Positions 38,507 through 50,134 are shown, numbered from the stretch's first letter. The stretch: DNA of 54,334 nt from a virus (IMGVR_UViG_2541047874_000003); one strand, 5' to 3'. The notes: a model not told the origin generated them from the letters alone. Translations and numbers: made by a program.

Positions 38507-38837
38507 TACGGAAGAATTTCACTGGTTACCAGAGGATGGAATGAAAACAGAAAATAAACCATCGATAAAAACTGTAAGATTTGGCGATGGTTATGAGCAA
38601 CGAAGTCCAAATGGACTTAATCATTCTCTGCGCGTTTTCACCTGTGATTTCAAAGTTGAGGCGAATGAACGTGATTCATTTGAAAAATTTTTAGCCCGGC
38701 ATGAAGGCTATAAATCTTTTTTTTGGCGCCCGCCGGGTATTAACAGAAAAATCAGAGTGGTGTGTCGAACGTGGTCAGCGACAGAACATATCACCTATAC
38801 CGATTTTTCGTGTCAGTTTGACGAAGTGGTGATCTGA
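38499..38837 (+). CDS. M: Minor tail protein M
   Basis: 112 aa with the RFGDGYEQR motif of lambda gpM. Confidence 0.85.
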
Positions 38838-39535
38838 TGCAGGACATACAACAGGAAACGCTGAATGAATGCATTCGTGCGGAGCAGTCGGCCAGCGTGG
38901 TGCTCTGGGAAATCGACCTGACCGAGGTAGGCGGGGATCGCTACTTTTTCTGTAATGAGCAGAACGAAAAAGGTGAGTCTGTCACCTGGCAGAGTCGGCA
39001 GTATCAGGCCTATCCCATTCAGGGGAGTGGATTTGAGATGAACGGCAAGGGCAGTGCTGCCCGTCCGACACTGACGGTCTCTAACCTGCACGGCATGATC
39101 ACCGGGATGGCGGAAGATCTGCAGAGTCTGGTCGGCGGAACGGTGGTCCGGCGTAAGGTTTACGCCCGTTTTCTGGATGCGGTGAACTTCGTCAAAGGAA
39201 ACAGCGATGCCGATCCGGAGCAGGAGGTGATCAGCCGCTGGCGCATCGAGCAGTGCAGCGAACTGAGCGCGGTCAGTGCCTCTTTTGTACTGTCCACGCC
39301 GACGGAAACGGACGGCGCTGTTTTTCCGGGACGTATCATGCTGGCCAACACCTGCACCTGGACCTATCGCGGCGATGAGTGCGGTTATAGCGGTCCGGCG
39401 GTCGCGGATGAATATGACCAGCCAACGTCCGACATCACGAAGGATAAATGCAGCAAATGCCTGAGTGGCTGTAAGTTTCGCAATAACGTCGGCAACTTTG
39501 GCGGCTTCCTTTCCATTAACAAACTTTCGCAGTAA
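38837..39535 (+). CDS. L: Minor tail protein L
   Basis: 232 aa, near-identical to recalled lambda gpL ([33 protein letters not shown]...). Confidence 0.9.
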   Translation: MQDIQQETLNECIRAEQSASVVLWEIDLTEVGGDRYFFCNEQNEKGESVTWQSRQYQAYPIQGSGFEMNGKGSAARPTLTVSNLHGMITGMAEDLQSLVGGTVVRRKVYARFLDAVNFVKGNSDADPEQEVISRWRIEQCSELSAVSASFVLSTPTETDGAVFPGRIMLANTCTWTYRGDECGYSGPAVADEYDQPTSDITKDKCSKCLSGCKFRNNVGNFGGFLSINKLSQ

Positions 39536-39540
39536 ATCCC

Positions 39541-40284
39541 ATGACACAGACAGAATCAGCGATTCTGGCGCACGCCCGGCGATGTGCGCCAGCGGAGTCG
39601 TGCGGCTTCGTGGTAAGCACGCCGGAGGGGGAAAGATATTTCCCCTGCGTGAATATCTCCGGTGAGCCGGAGGCGTATTTCCGTATGTCGCCGGAAGACT
39701 GGCTGCAGGCAGAAATGCAGGGTGAGATTGTGGCGCTGGTGCACAGCCATCCCGGTGGTCTGCCCTGGCTGAGTGAGGCTGACCGGCGGCTGCAGGTGCA
39801 GAGTGATTTGCCGTGGTGGCTGGTCTGCCGGGGGACGATTCATAAGTTCCGCTGTGTGCCGCATCTCACCGGGCGGCGCTTTGAGCACGGGGTGACGGAC
39901 TGTTACACGCTGTTCCGGGACGCTTACCATCTGGCGGGAATTGAGATGCCGGATTTTCATCGCGAGGATGACTGGTGGCGTCACGGTCAGAATCTCTATC
40001 TGGATAATCTGGAGGCCACAGGGCTGTATCAGGTGCCGTTGTCATCAGCACAACCGGGCGATGTGCTGCTGTGCTGTTTTGGTTCATCGGTGCCGAATCA
40101 TGCCGCCATTTACTGTGGTGATGGCGAGCTGCTGCACCATATTCCTGAACAACTGAGCAAACGAGAGAGGTATACCGACAAATGGCAGCGACGCACACAC
40201 TCCCTCTGGCGTCACCGGGCATGGCACGCATCTGCCTTTACGGGGATTTACAACGATTTGGCCGCCGCATCGACCTTCGAGTGA
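39541..40284 (+). CDS. K: Tail assembly protein K (JAB/MPN plus NlpC/P60-like)
   Basis: Matches recalled lambda gpK (MTQTESAILAHARRCAPAESCGFVV...HSHPGG); overlaps I. Confidence 0.85.
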   Translation: MTQTESAILAHARRCAPAESCGFVVSTPEGERYFPCVNISGEPEAYFRMSPEDWLQAEMQGEIVALVHSHPGGLPWLSEADRRLQVQSDLPWWLVCRGTIHKFRCVPHLTGRRFEHGVTDCYTLFRDAYHLAGIEMPDFHREDDWWRHGQNLYLDNLEATGLYQVPLSSAQPGDVLLCCFGSSVPNHAAIYCGDGELLHHIPEQLSKRERYTDKWQRRTHSLWRHRAWHASAFTGIYNDLAAASTFE

Positions 40285-40853
40285 AAACGGGGTCCGAAGC
40301 CATCCGGGCGCTGGCCATGCAGATCCCGGCATTTCGTCAGAAACTGAGCGACGGCTGGTACCAGGTACGCATTGCCGGGCGTGATGTCAGCACGTCCGGA
40401 TTAACGGCGCAGTTACATGAGGCTCTGCCTGACGGCGCTGTGATTCATATCGTTCCCAGAGTCGCCGGGGCCAAGTCAGGTGGCGTATTCCAGATTGTCC
40501 TGGGGGCAGCCGCCATTGCCGGATCATTCTTTACCGCCGGAGCCACCCTTGCAGCATGGGGGACAGCCATTGGGGCCGGTGGTATGACCGGCATTCTGTT
40601 TTCTCTCGGTGCCAGTATGGTGCTCGGCGGTGTGGCGCAGATGCTGGCACCGAAAGCCAGAACTCCCCGCACACAGACAACGGATAACGGTAAGCAGAAC
40701 ACCTATTTCTCCTCACTGGATAACATGGTTGCCCAGGGCAATGTTTTGCCTGTTCTGTACGGTGAAATGCGTGTGGGGTCGCGGGTGGTTTCTCAGGAGA
40801 TCAGCACGGCAGACGAAGGGGATGGTGGTCAGGTTGTGGTGATTGGTCGCTGA
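40182..40853 (+). CDS. I: Tail assembly protein I
   Basis: 223 aa matching recalled lambda gpI. Confidence 0.85.
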   Translation: MAATHTLPLASPGMARICLYGDLQRFGRRIDLRVKTGSEAIRALAMQIPAFRQKLSDGWYQVRIAGRDVSTSGLTAQLHEALPDGAVIHIVPRVAGAKSGGVFQIVLGAAAIAGSFFTAGATLAAWGTAIGAGGMTGILFSLGASMVLGGVAQMLAPKARTPRTQTTDNGKQNTYFSSLDNMVAQGNVLPVLYGEMRVGSRVVSQEISTADEGDGGQVVVIGR

Positions 40854-40913
40854 TGCAAAATGTTTTATGTGAAACCGCCTGCGGGCGGTTTTGTCGTTTA
40901 TGGAGCATGACGA

Positions 40914-43900
40914 ATGGGTAAAGGCAGCAGTAAGGGGCATACCCCGCGCGAAGCGAAGGACAACCTGAAATCCACGCAGTTACTGAGTGTGATCGATGCC
41001 ATCAGCGAAGGGCCGATAGAAGGTCCGGTGGATGGATTAAAAAGCGTGCTGCTGAACAGTACACCGGTGCTGGACAGTGAGGGGAATACCAACATCTCCG
41101 GTGTCACGGTGGTGTTCCGGGCAGGTGAGCAGGAGCAGACACCGCCGGAGGGATTTGAATCCTCCGGTTCCGAGACGGTGCTGGGTACGGAAGTGAAATA
41201 CGACACGCCGATCACCCGGACCATCACGTCTGCAAACATCGACCGTCTGCGCTTTACCTTCGGTGTGCAGGCACTGGTGGAAACCACCTCAAAGGGTGAC
41301 AGGAATCCGTCGGAAGTCCGCCTGCTGGTTCAGATACAACGTAACGGTGGCTGGGTGACGGAAAAAGACATCACCATTAAGGGCAAAACCACCTCGCAGT
41401 ATCTGGCCTCGGTGGTGGTGGGTAACCTGCCGCCGCGCCCGTTTAATATCCGGATGCGCAGGATGACGCCGGACAGCACCACAGACCAGCTGCAGAACAA
41501 AACGCTCTGGTCGTCATACACTGAAATCATCGATGTGAAACAGTGCTACCCGAACACGGCACTGGTCGGCGTGCAGGTGGACTCGGAACAGTTCGGCAGC
41601 CAGCAGGTGAGCCGTAATTATCATCTTCGCGGGCGCATTCTGCAGGTGCCATCGAACTATAACCCGCAGACGCGGCAATACAGCGGTATCTGGGACGGGA
41701 CGTTTAAACCGGCATACAGCAACAACATGGCCTGGTGTCTGTGGGATATGCTGACCCACCCGCGCTACGGCATGGGGAAACGTCTTGGTGCGGCGGATGT
41801 GGACAAATGGGCGCTGTATGTCATCGGCCAGTACTGCGACCAGTCAGTGCCGGATGGCTTTGGTGGCACGGAGCCGCGCATCACCTGTAACGCTTACCTG
41901 ACCACACAGCGTAAGGCGTGGGATGTGCTCAGTGATTTCTGTTCGGCGATGCGCTGTATGCCGGTATGGAACGGGCAGACGCTGACGTTCGTGCAGGACC
42001 GACCGTCGGATAAGGTGTGGACCTATAACCACAGTAATGTGGTGATGCCGGATGATGGCGCGCCGTTCCGCTACAGCTTCAGCGCCCTGAAGGACCGCCA
42101 TAATGCCGTTGAGGTGAACTGGATTGACCCGGATAACGGCTGGGAGACGGCGACAGAGCTTGTTGAAGATACGCAGGCCATTCTCCGTTACGGTCGTAAC
42201 GTCACGAAGATGGATGCCTTTGGCTGTACCAGCCGGGGGCAGGCGCACCGCGCCGGGCTGTGGCTGATTAAAACGGAACTGCTGGAAACGCAGACCGTGG
42301 ACTTCAGCGTGGGTGCCGAAGGGCTTCGCCATGTACCGGGCGATGTCATTGAAATCTGTGATGATGACTATGCCGGTATCAGCATCGGTGGTCGCGTGCT
42401 GGCGGTGAACAGCCAGACCCGGACGCTGACGCTCGACCGTGAAATCACGCTGCCATCCTCCGGTACCACGCTGATAAGCCTGGTTGACGGAAGTGGCAAT
42501 CCGGTCAGCGTGGAGGTTCAGTCCGTCACCGACGGCGTGAAGGTAAAAGTGAGCCGTGTTCCTGACGGTGTTGCCGAATACAGCGTATGGGGGCTGAAGC
42601 TGCCGACGCTGCGCCAGCGCCTGTTCCGCTGTGTGAGTATCCGTGAGAACGATGACGGCACGTATGCCATCACTGCCGTGCAGCATGTGCCGGAGAAAGA
42701 AGCCATCGTGGATAACGGGGCGCACTTTGACGGCGACCAGAGCGGAACGGTGAACGGTGTCACGCCGCCAGCAGTGCAGCACCTGACCGCAGAAGTCACC
42801 GCAGACAGCGGGGAATACCAGGTGCTGGCGCGCTGGGATACGCCGAAGGTGGTGAAGGGCGTGAGCTTCCTGCTTCGCCTGACCGTGGCAGCGGATGACG
42901 GCAGTGAGCGGCTGGTCAGCACGGCCCGGACGACGGAAACCACATACCGCTTCAGGCAACTGGCGCTGGGAAATTACAGGCTGACAGTCCGGGCGGCAAA
43001 TGCCTGGGGGCAGCAGGGCGATCCGGCGTCGGTATCGTTCCGGATTGCCGCACCGGCAGCGCCATCGCGGATTGAGCTGACGCCGGGCTATTTTCAGATA
43101 ACCGCCACGCCGCATCTCGCCGTTTATGATCCGACGGTACAGTTTGAGTTCTGGTTCTCGGAAAAGCGGGTTGCGGATATCAGGCAGGTTGAAACCACAG
43201 CCAGCTATCTTGGCACGGCGCTGTACTGGATAGCTGCCAGTATCAATATTAAGCCGGGTCATGATTATTATTTTTACGTTCGCAGTGTGAACACCGTTGG
43301 CAAATCGGCATTCGTGGAGGCTGTCGGTCGGGCGAGCGATGATGCGGAAGGTTACCTGGATTTTTTCAAAGGCCAGATAACCGAATCCCATCTCGGCAAG
43401 GAGCTGCTGGAAAAAGTCGAGCTGACGGAGGATAACGCCAGCAAACTGGAGGAGTTTTCGAAAGAGTGGAAAGACGCCAACGATAAATGGAATGCCATGT
43501 GGGGCGTCAAAATTGAGCAGACCGAAGACGGCAGGCATTATGTCGCGGGGCTTGGCCTCAGCATGGAGGATACAGAGGAAGGCAAACTGAGCCAGTTCCT
43601 GGTTGCCGCTAACCGTATCGCGTTTATTGACCCGGCAAACGGGAATGAAACGCCGATGTTTGTGGCGCAGGGCAACCAGATATTCATGAACGAAGTGTTC
43701 CTGAAGTATCTGACGGCTCCCACCATTACCAGCGGCGGCAATCCTCCGGTATTTTCCCTGACACCGGACGGGCGGCTGACGGCGAAAAATGCCGATATCA
43801 GCGGTAACGTGAATGCGAACTCCGGGACGCTCAATAATGTCACGATTAACCAGAACTGTCGGATTCTGGGAAAACTGTCTGCCAACCAGATTGAAGGTGA

Positions 43901-44312
43901 TATTGTCAAAACGGTGGGAAAAGCCTTTCCGAGAAATGGCAGTTATGCCAGCGGTACAATAACGGTCACTGTGTACGATGATCAGGATTTTGACCGTCAG
44001 ATAGTAATCCCACCCGTTCTGTTTCGCGGTGGTAAGCATGAAAACTTCAACAGCAACAACCAACAGTCATACTGGTATTCAACCTGTAAGCTGCAGGTGC
44101 TGAAGAACGGACAGGAAATCTTTCAGCAACCCGCGACGGATGTCAGCAGGGTATTTTCATCCGTCATTGATATGCCTGCCGGACACGGTCATGTCACCCT
44201 GACTTTCAATGTTTCTTCATATGGTGCTAATAACTGGACGCCAACGACCAGTATCAGCGACCTTCTTGTTGTCGTGATGAAGAAATCAACAGCCGGTATC
44301 AGTATCAGTTGA
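40914..44312 (+). CDS. J: Tail tip host-specificity protein J (central tail fibre)
   Basis: 1132 aa, same length as lambda gpJ with a lambda-like N-terminus. Confidence 0.9.
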   Translation: MGKGSSKGHTPREAKDNLKSTQLLSVIDAISEGPIEGPVDGLKSVLLNSTPVLDSEGNTNISGVTVVFRAGEQEQTPPEGFESSGSETVLGTEVKYDTPITRTITSANIDRLRFTFGVQALVETTSKGDRNPSEVRLLVQIQRNGGWVTEKDITIKGKTTSQYLASVVVGNLPPRPFNIRMRRMTPDSTTDQLQNKTLWSSYTEIIDVKQCYPNTALVGVQVDSEQFGSQQVSRNYHLRGRILQVPSNYNPQTRQYSGIWDGTFKPAYSNNMAWCLWDMLTHPRYGMGKRLGAADVDKWALYVIGQYCDQSVPDGFGGTEPRITCNAYLTTQRKAWDVLSDFCSAMRCMPVWNGQTLTFVQDRPSDKVWTYNHSNVVMPDDGAPFRYSFSALKDRHNAVEVNWIDPDNGWETATELVEDTQAILRYGRNVTKMDAFGCTSRGQAHRAGLWLIKTELLETQTVDFSVGAEGLRHVPGDVIEICDDDYAGISIGGRVLAVNSQTRTLTLDREITLPSSGTTLISLVDGSGNPVSVEVQSVTDGVKVKVSRVPDGVAEYSVWGLKLPTLRQRLFRCVSIRENDDGTYAITAVQHVPEKEAIVDNGAHFDGDQSGTVNGVTPPAVQHLTAEVTADSGEYQVLARWDTPKVVKGVSFLLRLTVAADDGSERLVSTARTTETTYRFRQLALGNYRLTVRAANAWGQQGDPASVSFRIAAPAAPSRIELTPGYFQITATPHLAVYDPTVQFEFWFSEKRVADIRQVETTASYLGTALYWIAASINIKPGHDYYFYVRSVNTVGKSAFVEAVGRASDDAEGYLDFFKGQITESHLGKELLEKVELTEDNASKLEEFSKEWKDANDKWNAMWGVKIEQTEDGRHYVAGLGLSMEDTEEGKLSQFLVAANRIAFIDPANGNETPMFVAQGNQIFMNEVFLKYLTAPTITSGGNPPVFSLTPDGRLTAKNADISGNVNANSGTLNNVTINQNCRILGKLSANQIEGDIVKTVGKAFPRNGSYASGTITVTVYDDQDFDRQIVIPPVLFRGGKHENFNSNNQQSYWYSTCKLQVLKNGQEIFQQPATDVSRVFSSVIDMPAGHGHVTLTFNVSSYGANNWTPTTSISDLLVVVMKKSTAGISIS

Positions 44313-44379
44313 ATTTTATAACCCAAATACGGGCGCCAGAAATGGTGCCTTTTTTATTGCAGAAAAGCGAGAGGTAATT

Positions 44380-44979
44380 ATGCGTAAATTATGTGCTGTT
44401 ATTCTGTCTGCAGTAGTCTGGCTGGTCGCCGCTGGTACGCCAGCGAGCGCAGCAGAGCATCAGTCCACACTAAGCGCCGGGTATCTTCAGGCCCATACTG
44501 ATATGCCAGGCAGTGATGACCTGAAGGGCATTAACGTGAAATACCGTTATGAATTTACGGACACGCTGGGGCTGGTGACGTCATTCAGTTATGCCAATGC
44601 CAAAGATGAGCAAAAAACGCATTACAGCGATACCCGCTGGCATGAAGATTCAGTGCGTAACCGCTGGTTCAGCATGATGGCGGGGCCATCTGTACGCGTG
44701 AATGAATGGTTCAGTGCTTATGCGATGGCGGGTGTGGCTTACAGCCGTGTTTCGACGTTTTCCGGGGATTATCTCCGCGTAACAGATAACAAGGGGAAAA
44801 CGCACGATGTGCTGACCGGAAGTGATGACGGTCGCCACAGCAACACGTCTCTGGCGTGGGGAGCTGGCGTGCAGTTTAACCCGACCGAATCCGTGGCCAT
44901 TGACCTTGCTTATGAAGGCTCCGGCAGTGGCGACTGGCGCACTGACGGTTTCATCGTGGGTGTCGGTTATAAATTCTGA
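44380..44979 (+). CDS. lom: Outer-membrane protein Lom (Ail/Lom family)
   Basis: 199 aa with a signal peptide and beta-barrel pattern; directly after J as in lambda. Confidence 0.9.
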   Translation: MRKLCAVILSAVVWLVAAGTPASAAEHQSTLSAGYLQAHTDMPGSDDLKGINVKYRYEFTDTLGLVTSFSYANAKDEQKTHYSDTRWHEDSVRNRWFSMMAGPSVRVNEWFSAYAMAGVAYSRVSTFSGDYLRVTDNKGKTHDVLTGSDDGRHSNTSLAWGAGVQFNPTESVAIDLAYEGSGSGDWRTDGFIVGVGYKF

Positions 44980-45003
44980 TTAGCCAGGTAACACAGTGTT
45001 ATG

Positions 45004-45033
45004 ACAGCCCGCCGGTTCAGGCGGGCTTTTTTG
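45004..45033 (+). terminator. Rho-independent terminator after lom
   Basis: AGCCCGCC-GGTTCAG-GCGGGCT hairpin followed by TTTTTT. Confidence 0.6.
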
Positions 45034-45037
45034 TGGA

Positions 45038-47440
45038 GTGGATATGGCAGCAGTAAAAATCTCAGGTGTGCTGAAAGATGGTGCGGGAAAACCAATACAG
45101 AACTGCACTATTCAACTGAAGGCAAAGCGTAACAGCACCACGGTACTGGTGAACACGGTGGCTTCTGAAAATCCGGATGAAGCCGGACGTTACAGCATGG
45201 ATGTTGAGTATGGCCAGTACAGCGTCACCCTGCTGGTTGAAGGTTTTCCGCCTTCACATGCCGGGACCATTACCGTCTATGAAGGTTCCAGACCAGGTAC
45301 GCTGAATGATTTTCTCGGTGCCATGACGGAAGATGATGTCATGCCGGAGGCATTGCGCCGTTTTGAGGCAATGGTGGAAGAAGCGGCACGCAACGCCGAA
45401 GCCGCCTCTCAGAGCGCAGCGGCGGCAAAGAAATCCGAAACTGCAGCGGCATCATCGAAGAACGCGGCGAAAACCTCAGAAACGAATGCAGCTAACAGCG
45501 CACAGGCGGCAGCGACCTCGCAGACTGCATCGGCAAACTCCGCGACAGCAGCCAAAAAATCAGAAACCAACGCGAAAAATAGCGAAACAGCCGCAAAGAC
45601 GAGCGAAACCAATGCAAAGTCCAGCCAGACGGCAGCGAAGACCAGCGAAACGAATGCCAAAGCCAGTGAAACTGCGGCGAAAAACAGCCAGGCTGCAGCA
45701 GCTGAAAGTGAGAGCGCGGCAGCCGGTTCTGCGACTTCAGCAGCCGGATCAGCAACTGCTGCGGCTAACAGCCAGAAAGCAGCGAAAACGAGTGAGACTA
45801 ACGCAAAGTCCAGCCAGACGGCAGCGAAGACCAGCGAAACAAATGCTAAAGCCAGCGAAACTGCGGCGAAAAGCAGTCAGGATGCATCAGCCCAAAGCGA
45901 GAGTGCTGCAGCTGGTTCTGCAAGCGCGGCGGCTGCTTCTGCCACTGCATCTGCCAACAGTCAAAAAGCTGCAAAAACCAGTGAAACCAACGCAAAGACA
46001 AGCGAGACTGCGGCGGCTAACTCGGCGAAAGCATCAGCTGCAAGCCAGACGGCTGCAAAAGCGAGTGAAGACGCAGCCAGAGAGTATGCAAGCCAGGCTG
46101 CGGAGCCGTATAAACAAGTTTTGCAGCCGCTTCCCGATGTGTGGATACCGTTTAACGATTCACTGGAAATGATTACTGGTTTCGCTCCTGGTTATAAAAA
46201 AGTAACTATCGGTGATGATGTTATTACTTTTCCATCAGAGAAGGTTGTATCTTTCACTCGCTCCACTTCTGCAACGTATATAAACAAATCAGGTTCATTT
46301 GCTTTTGCAGAAATTAACGAGCCGCGCTTTGAAAAGGAAGGTTTATTAATTGAAGGTCAGAGGACAAATACATTTACTAATAGTAACAATCCTTCATTAT
46401 GGAATTATGACGACAAGAATATAGAAATAACCACATCGGTTGATGAATATGGTTTTAAATATGGTTTGTTCGATGTAAAGGAAACATCAACTACTGAAAG
46501 GGCGACGATAATATCTACTGGATACAGTAGGGTTATTGATGTTGCTGCAAATGAATCTGTTACTTTGTCCTGTAGGGTTAAGAAGATAAATGGAGAAGGT
46601 ATTATAACGTTAAGACCCAGAATATCTTTCGTTAACGATGACGGCACAAGCAACACGCTGGTAGCTGGTTCCTACATAGATTGCGAAACTGGTGATGTTT
46701 TAGGTTTTTCTGGTGGGGATGCTGTAAATCATGTCATATACAGAGAAGCTAACGGATGGTTACGCGTCGAATTTACATATAAATCACCAGAAGCAAAAAG
46801 CATGTATGGGCGCTTTGAAATGGGAGCAGATAAAAGGGCGATCAAAAAAGGCGATCAGATAATGTTTACTACGCCGCAATTTGAAAAAGGATCGTGTGCA
46901 TCATCATTTATCGTTACATCAGATGTGGCAGTTACACGGGCTAGTGACGTGGTAATAATGCCAATAAGACTGAACTGGTCAACACCTCCGTTAAGCGTTC
47001 TTATGGAAGTTAATATCAACTGGGACAAAATGCCAAACAGTGAAGGTTCAGCAAGGCTTCTTAACGTGTCAATAACTGGCGCAACAACGGATGTTGCTGA
47101 TGAAAGTTATATGTATTTTGGTTTTACCTCTGGAGGCGCGCGCTCAATTATAACTAACGGAAAAGGAACAAAGACCGAGTATAAAGCCTACTGTAACAGG
47201 ACAACCCGCAGGTTTATTGCTGGATTTAAGTTTACAGAGCAGAAAGAATTGCGTGCTGTTATAAACGGTAACTTTGGCGCTGTTGGTGTATCACAACACA
47301 CAAGACAACGTTATACAGAAGGGCCAATAAATATAGGCGGTCAATCAATATCAGGTAACAGGCATTTATTTGGACACGTGCGCAATTTACGTATCTGGCA
47401 TAAGGAACTGACAGATGCACAAATGGGAGAAAGAATATAA
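45038..47440 (+). CDS. stf: Side tail fibre protein with a long Ala/Ser/Thr-rich repeat tract
   Basis: 800 aa; ~200 aa of reiterated units (SETNAKSSQTAAKTSETNAKASETAAK...). Confidence 0.8.
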   Translation: MDMAAVKISGVLKDGAGKPIQNCTIQLKAKRNSTTVLVNTVASENPDEAGRYSMDVEYGQYSVTLLVEGFPPSHAGTITVYEGSRPGTLNDFLGAMTEDDVMPEALRRFEAMVEEAARNAEAASQSAAAAKKSETAAASSKNAAKTSETNAANSAQAAATSQTASANSATAAKKSETNAKNSETAAKTSETNAKSSQTAAKTSETNAKASETAAKNSQAAAAESESAAAGSATSAAGSATAAANSQKAAKTSETNAKSSQTAAKTSETNAKASETAAKSSQDASAQSESAAAGSASAAAASATASANSQKAAKTSETNAKTSETAAANSAKASAASQTAAKASEDAAREYASQAAEPYKQVLQPLPDVWIPFNDSLEMITGFAPGYKKVTIGDDVITFPSEKVVSFTRSTSATYINKSGSFAFAEINEPRFEKEGLLIEGQRTNTFTNSNNPSLWNYDDKNIEITTSVDEYGFKYGLFDVKETSTTERATIISTGYSRVIDVAANESVTLSCRVKKINGEGIITLRPRISFVNDDGTSNTLVAGSYIDCETGDVLGFSGGDAVNHVIYREANGWLRVEFTYKSPEAKSMYGRFEMGADKRAIKKGDQIMFTTPQFEKGSCASSFIVTSDVAVTRASDVVIMPIRLNWSTPPLSVLMEVNINWDKMPNSEGSARLLNVSITGATTDVADESYMYFGFTSGGARSIITNGKGTKTEYKAYCNRTTRRFIAGFKFTEQKELRAVINGNFGAVGVSQHTRQRYTEGPINIGGQSISGNRHLFGHVRNLRIWHKELTDAQMGERI

Positions 47441-47721
47441 TGCGAGACTTAACCCTCAAATTCATAAACAAGGCCGACTTTTCGGCCTTTATGGATAGCA
47501 TTGGTTATGAAGATGACGAGGTAATGCAGAACAATGTTCTCATTGATGTGATAGGTAACGTGTACAAAGAAACCGGAGAACTGAATGAAGATGGCGAGCC
47601 GCTATGTGTTAAGGAAGACGGATATTTTGTAAACGTGCGCATCATTAATGATGCAAAAAAATCGTCAATATTCGATAAATACGCGGTTGTTGTTGAGCAT
47701 CAACTTCGTGGCTGGATGTGA
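47440..47721 (+). CDS. Hypothetical protein after stf (not recognisably Tfa-like)
   Basis: 93-aa ORF whose start overlaps the stf stop. Confidence 0.35.
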   Translation: MRDLTLKFINKADFSAFMDSIGYEDDEVMQNNVLIDVIGNVYKETGELNEDGEPLCVKEDGYFVNVRIINDAKKSSIFDKYAVVVEHQLRGWM

Positions 47722-47730
47722 GGTAGAGAA

Positions 47731-48435
47731 ATGGCTACATCGACAGTAATTCCAGGAGATATCACCAAGCTAAAGGGGGATGTCAGTAAAGCTAAGGAAG
47801 ATATTTCATCAATTAGCGGAAAAGTATCAACGCTTCAGACTGATATGGACAGTGCAAAGCAGGATATCAGTACCAGATACACAAAAACAGAAGTGGATAA
47901 TAAGCTGAAAAACAAAGTGGAAGTGAACGATCTGGAAAGCGGTCGTTATGGTGGAGATTTTTATCCACTGACAGGTCGTGAAGCGTTTTATTTATGGAAT
48001 TTGGCCACGACTACAGCTGCGGCAAACCTTTATCTTAATCCTGACCCCGCAATTTCGTCTGTTCTGCGGTCAACATCGTCTATCCGCTATAAACATTCAG
48101 TAGAGACGATAGATTCAGAGCACGCCGATCTCATTTTCAGGATGCGCCCTGTGTGGTACAGGTCGCAATGCGAAAATGACAGGCGTGACTGGGGATTCTA
48201 CGGATTGATTGCCGAGGAAGTAGGAGAAATTGCCCCTCAGTTTGTACACTGGCGACCAGCTAACGAGAATGATGCTCCTGAAGCTATTTCCAGCAATGGC
48301 CTTGTTGCCGAAGGTGTAATGTACGAACGTCTGGTTGTTCCACTGATTCACCATATCCAGAAACTGACTGAAAGAGTTGATGAACTTGAGTCAGAATTGA
48401 AGTTGTTATCAACTTCCCGAAGCGATATCGGATAA
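47731..48435 (+). CDS. Tail-fibre-type protein with a C-terminal intramolecular chaperone (peptidase S74-like) domain
   Basis: 234 aa; N-terminal coiled-coil and a C-terminal region with FYGLIAEEV and ELESELKLL motifs like S74 chaperone domains. Confidence 0.5.
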   Translation: MATSTVIPGDITKLKGDVSKAKEDISSISGKVSTLQTDMDSAKQDISTRYTKTEVDNKLKNKVEVNDLESGRYGGDFYPLTGREAFYLWNLATTTAAANLYLNPDPAISSVLRSTSSIRYKHSVETIDSEHADLIFRMRPVWYRSQCENDRRDWGFYGLIAEEVGEIAPQFVHWRPANENDAPEAISSNGLVAEGVMYERLVVPLIHHIQKLTERVDELESELKLLSTSRSDIG

Positions 48436-48445
48436 AGGAGGAGTA

Positions 48446-48739
48446 ATGGATATAACACCTTTTCTTCATGCACTTTGTGCTGTGGCTGCGCAGCTACTGA
48501 TTGGTCTTTTTACCGGGAACTGGGCTTACGGGGCGATAGCCGGTTGTACGTTCTTCATTGCGCGTGAACACACCCAGGCAGAATATCGCTGGATCGAAAT
48601 GTTCGGGCATGGCAAGCGAATGAATATGCCGTGGTGGGGCGGTTTTGATACACGTGCATGGGATGTGGCAAGCCTGATGGATTTTGCTGTGCCGGTGGTG
48701 GCGTGTCTGCTGGTCTGGCTGTTGGTTAATCGTGGGTGA
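48446..48739 (+). CDS. Small membrane protein
   Basis: 97 aa with two or three hydrophobic segments. Confidence 0.4.
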   Translation: MDITPFLHALCAVAAQLLIGLFTGNWAYGAIAGCTFFIAREHTQAEYRWIEMFGHGKRMNMPWWGGFDTRAWDVASLMDFAVPVVACLLVWLLVNRG

Positions 48740-48905
48740 AAAAAGGTGAGCTGTATATGCAACGGAGGAAGAAACCCCGTTGCTGGAAGCCTGGAAAAAG
48801 TATCGGATGCTGCTAAACCGTGTGGACACTTCCGTAGCACCAGATATCGAGTGGCTTATTCAACCATAATAAACAGTATGTATATCATAGGTTATGGATT
48901 TGCCC

Positions 48906-49811
48906 CTATATTTCCAGACACCTGTTATCACTTAACCCATTACTGGCCTGCTGCCGCAGATATTCCCGTGGCGAGCGATAACCCAGTGCACTATGCGGAT
49001 GCCATTCGTTATAATGCTCGAACGCCTCTGCAAGGTTCTTTGCTGCCGTTAACCCGTCTGGTTTAGGCATGATACTGATGTAGTCACGCTTTATCGTTTT
49101 CACGAAGCTCTCTGCTATGCCGTTACTCTCCGGACTCCGCACCGCCGTGTTCTTCGGTTCAAGCCCCAACATCCGGGCAAACTGCCGTGTTTCATTAGCC
49201 CGGTAGCATGAACCATTATCCGTCAGCCACTCTACTGGAGACGCCGGAAGCTCGTTGCCGAAGCGGCGTTCCACCGCTCCCAGCATTACGTCCTGTACTG
49301 TTTCACTGTCGAAGCCGCCCGTAGTGACTGCCCAGTGCAGTGCCTCACGGTCACAGCAGTCCAGCGCGAACGTGACTCGCAGTTTTTCTCCGTTATCACA
49401 GCGGAACTCGAACCCGTCAGAGCACCATCGTTGATTGCTTTCTTTCACGGCCACTTTGCCAGTATGTGCCCGTTTCGATGGCGGTACAGCGGTTTTTCGC
49501 TCAAGCAACAGCGCATTCTGGCGCATGATCCGGTAAACACGTTTGGCATTGATCGCAGGCATACCATCAAGTTCGGCCTGTCTGCGAAGCAGCGCCCATA
49601 CCCGACGATAACCATACGTGGGCAGCTCTCCGATAACATGGTGTATACGGAGAAGCACATCCGTATCATCTGAGTGACGGCTGCGGCGACCATCTTTCCA
49701 GTCATCGGTTCGTCTGAGAATTACGTGCAACTGCGCACGCGACACCCGGAGACAACGGCTGACTAAGCTTACTCCCCATCCCCGGGCAATAAGGGCGCGT
49801 GCGCTATCCAC
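48906..49811 (-). CDS. insD: IS2 transposase OrfB (InsD, DDE integrase domain)
   Basis: 301-aa ORF inside IS2; IS3-family OrfB. Confidence 0.9.
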
Positions 49812-50134
49812 TTTTTTGCACGCCCGTATTCAACGGCTTCTTTAAGGAGTTCATTTTCCATCGTTTTTTTGCCGAGCAGGCGCTGGAGTTCTTTAATCTG
49901 CTTCATGGCAGCAGCAAGTTCAGAGGCAGGAACGACCTGCTCTCCTGCGGCCACAGCAGTAAGACTTCCCTCCTGGTATTGCTTGCGCCAGAGAAATAAC
50001 TGGCTGGCTGCCACACCGTGTTGCCGGGCAACAAGGGAGACCGTCATTCCCGGTTCAAAACTCTGCTGAACAATAGCGATCTTTTCCTGTGTAGTACGCC
50101 GTCTGCGTTTCTCCGGTCCTAAGACATCAATCAT
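49769..50134 (-). CDS. insC: IS2 OrfA (InsC, HTH)
   Basis: Start trimmed to [26 protein letters not shown]; matches recalled InsC. Confidence 0.9.

Noticed and set aside
41844..44063. 739-aa ORF on the minus strand opposite the J gene
   Set aside because: Lies entirely antisense to a well-supported, lambda-like J coding sequence; long antisense ORFs are common in GC-rich coding DNA, and its Arg/Pro-rich low-complexity translation has no recognisable domain.
45333..46172. 279-aa extremely Arg/Gln-rich ORF in an alternative plus-strand frame within stf
   Set aside because: It is the out-of-frame reading of the GCN-rich repeat tract of the tail-fibre gene; a repeat artefact rather than a gene.
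48746..49066. 106-aa ORF spanning the IS2 boundary
   Set aside because: It reads from flanking DNA into the IS2 terminal repeat; a junction artefact of the insertion, although the flank-derived N-terminal part could be the remnant of a disrupted gene.
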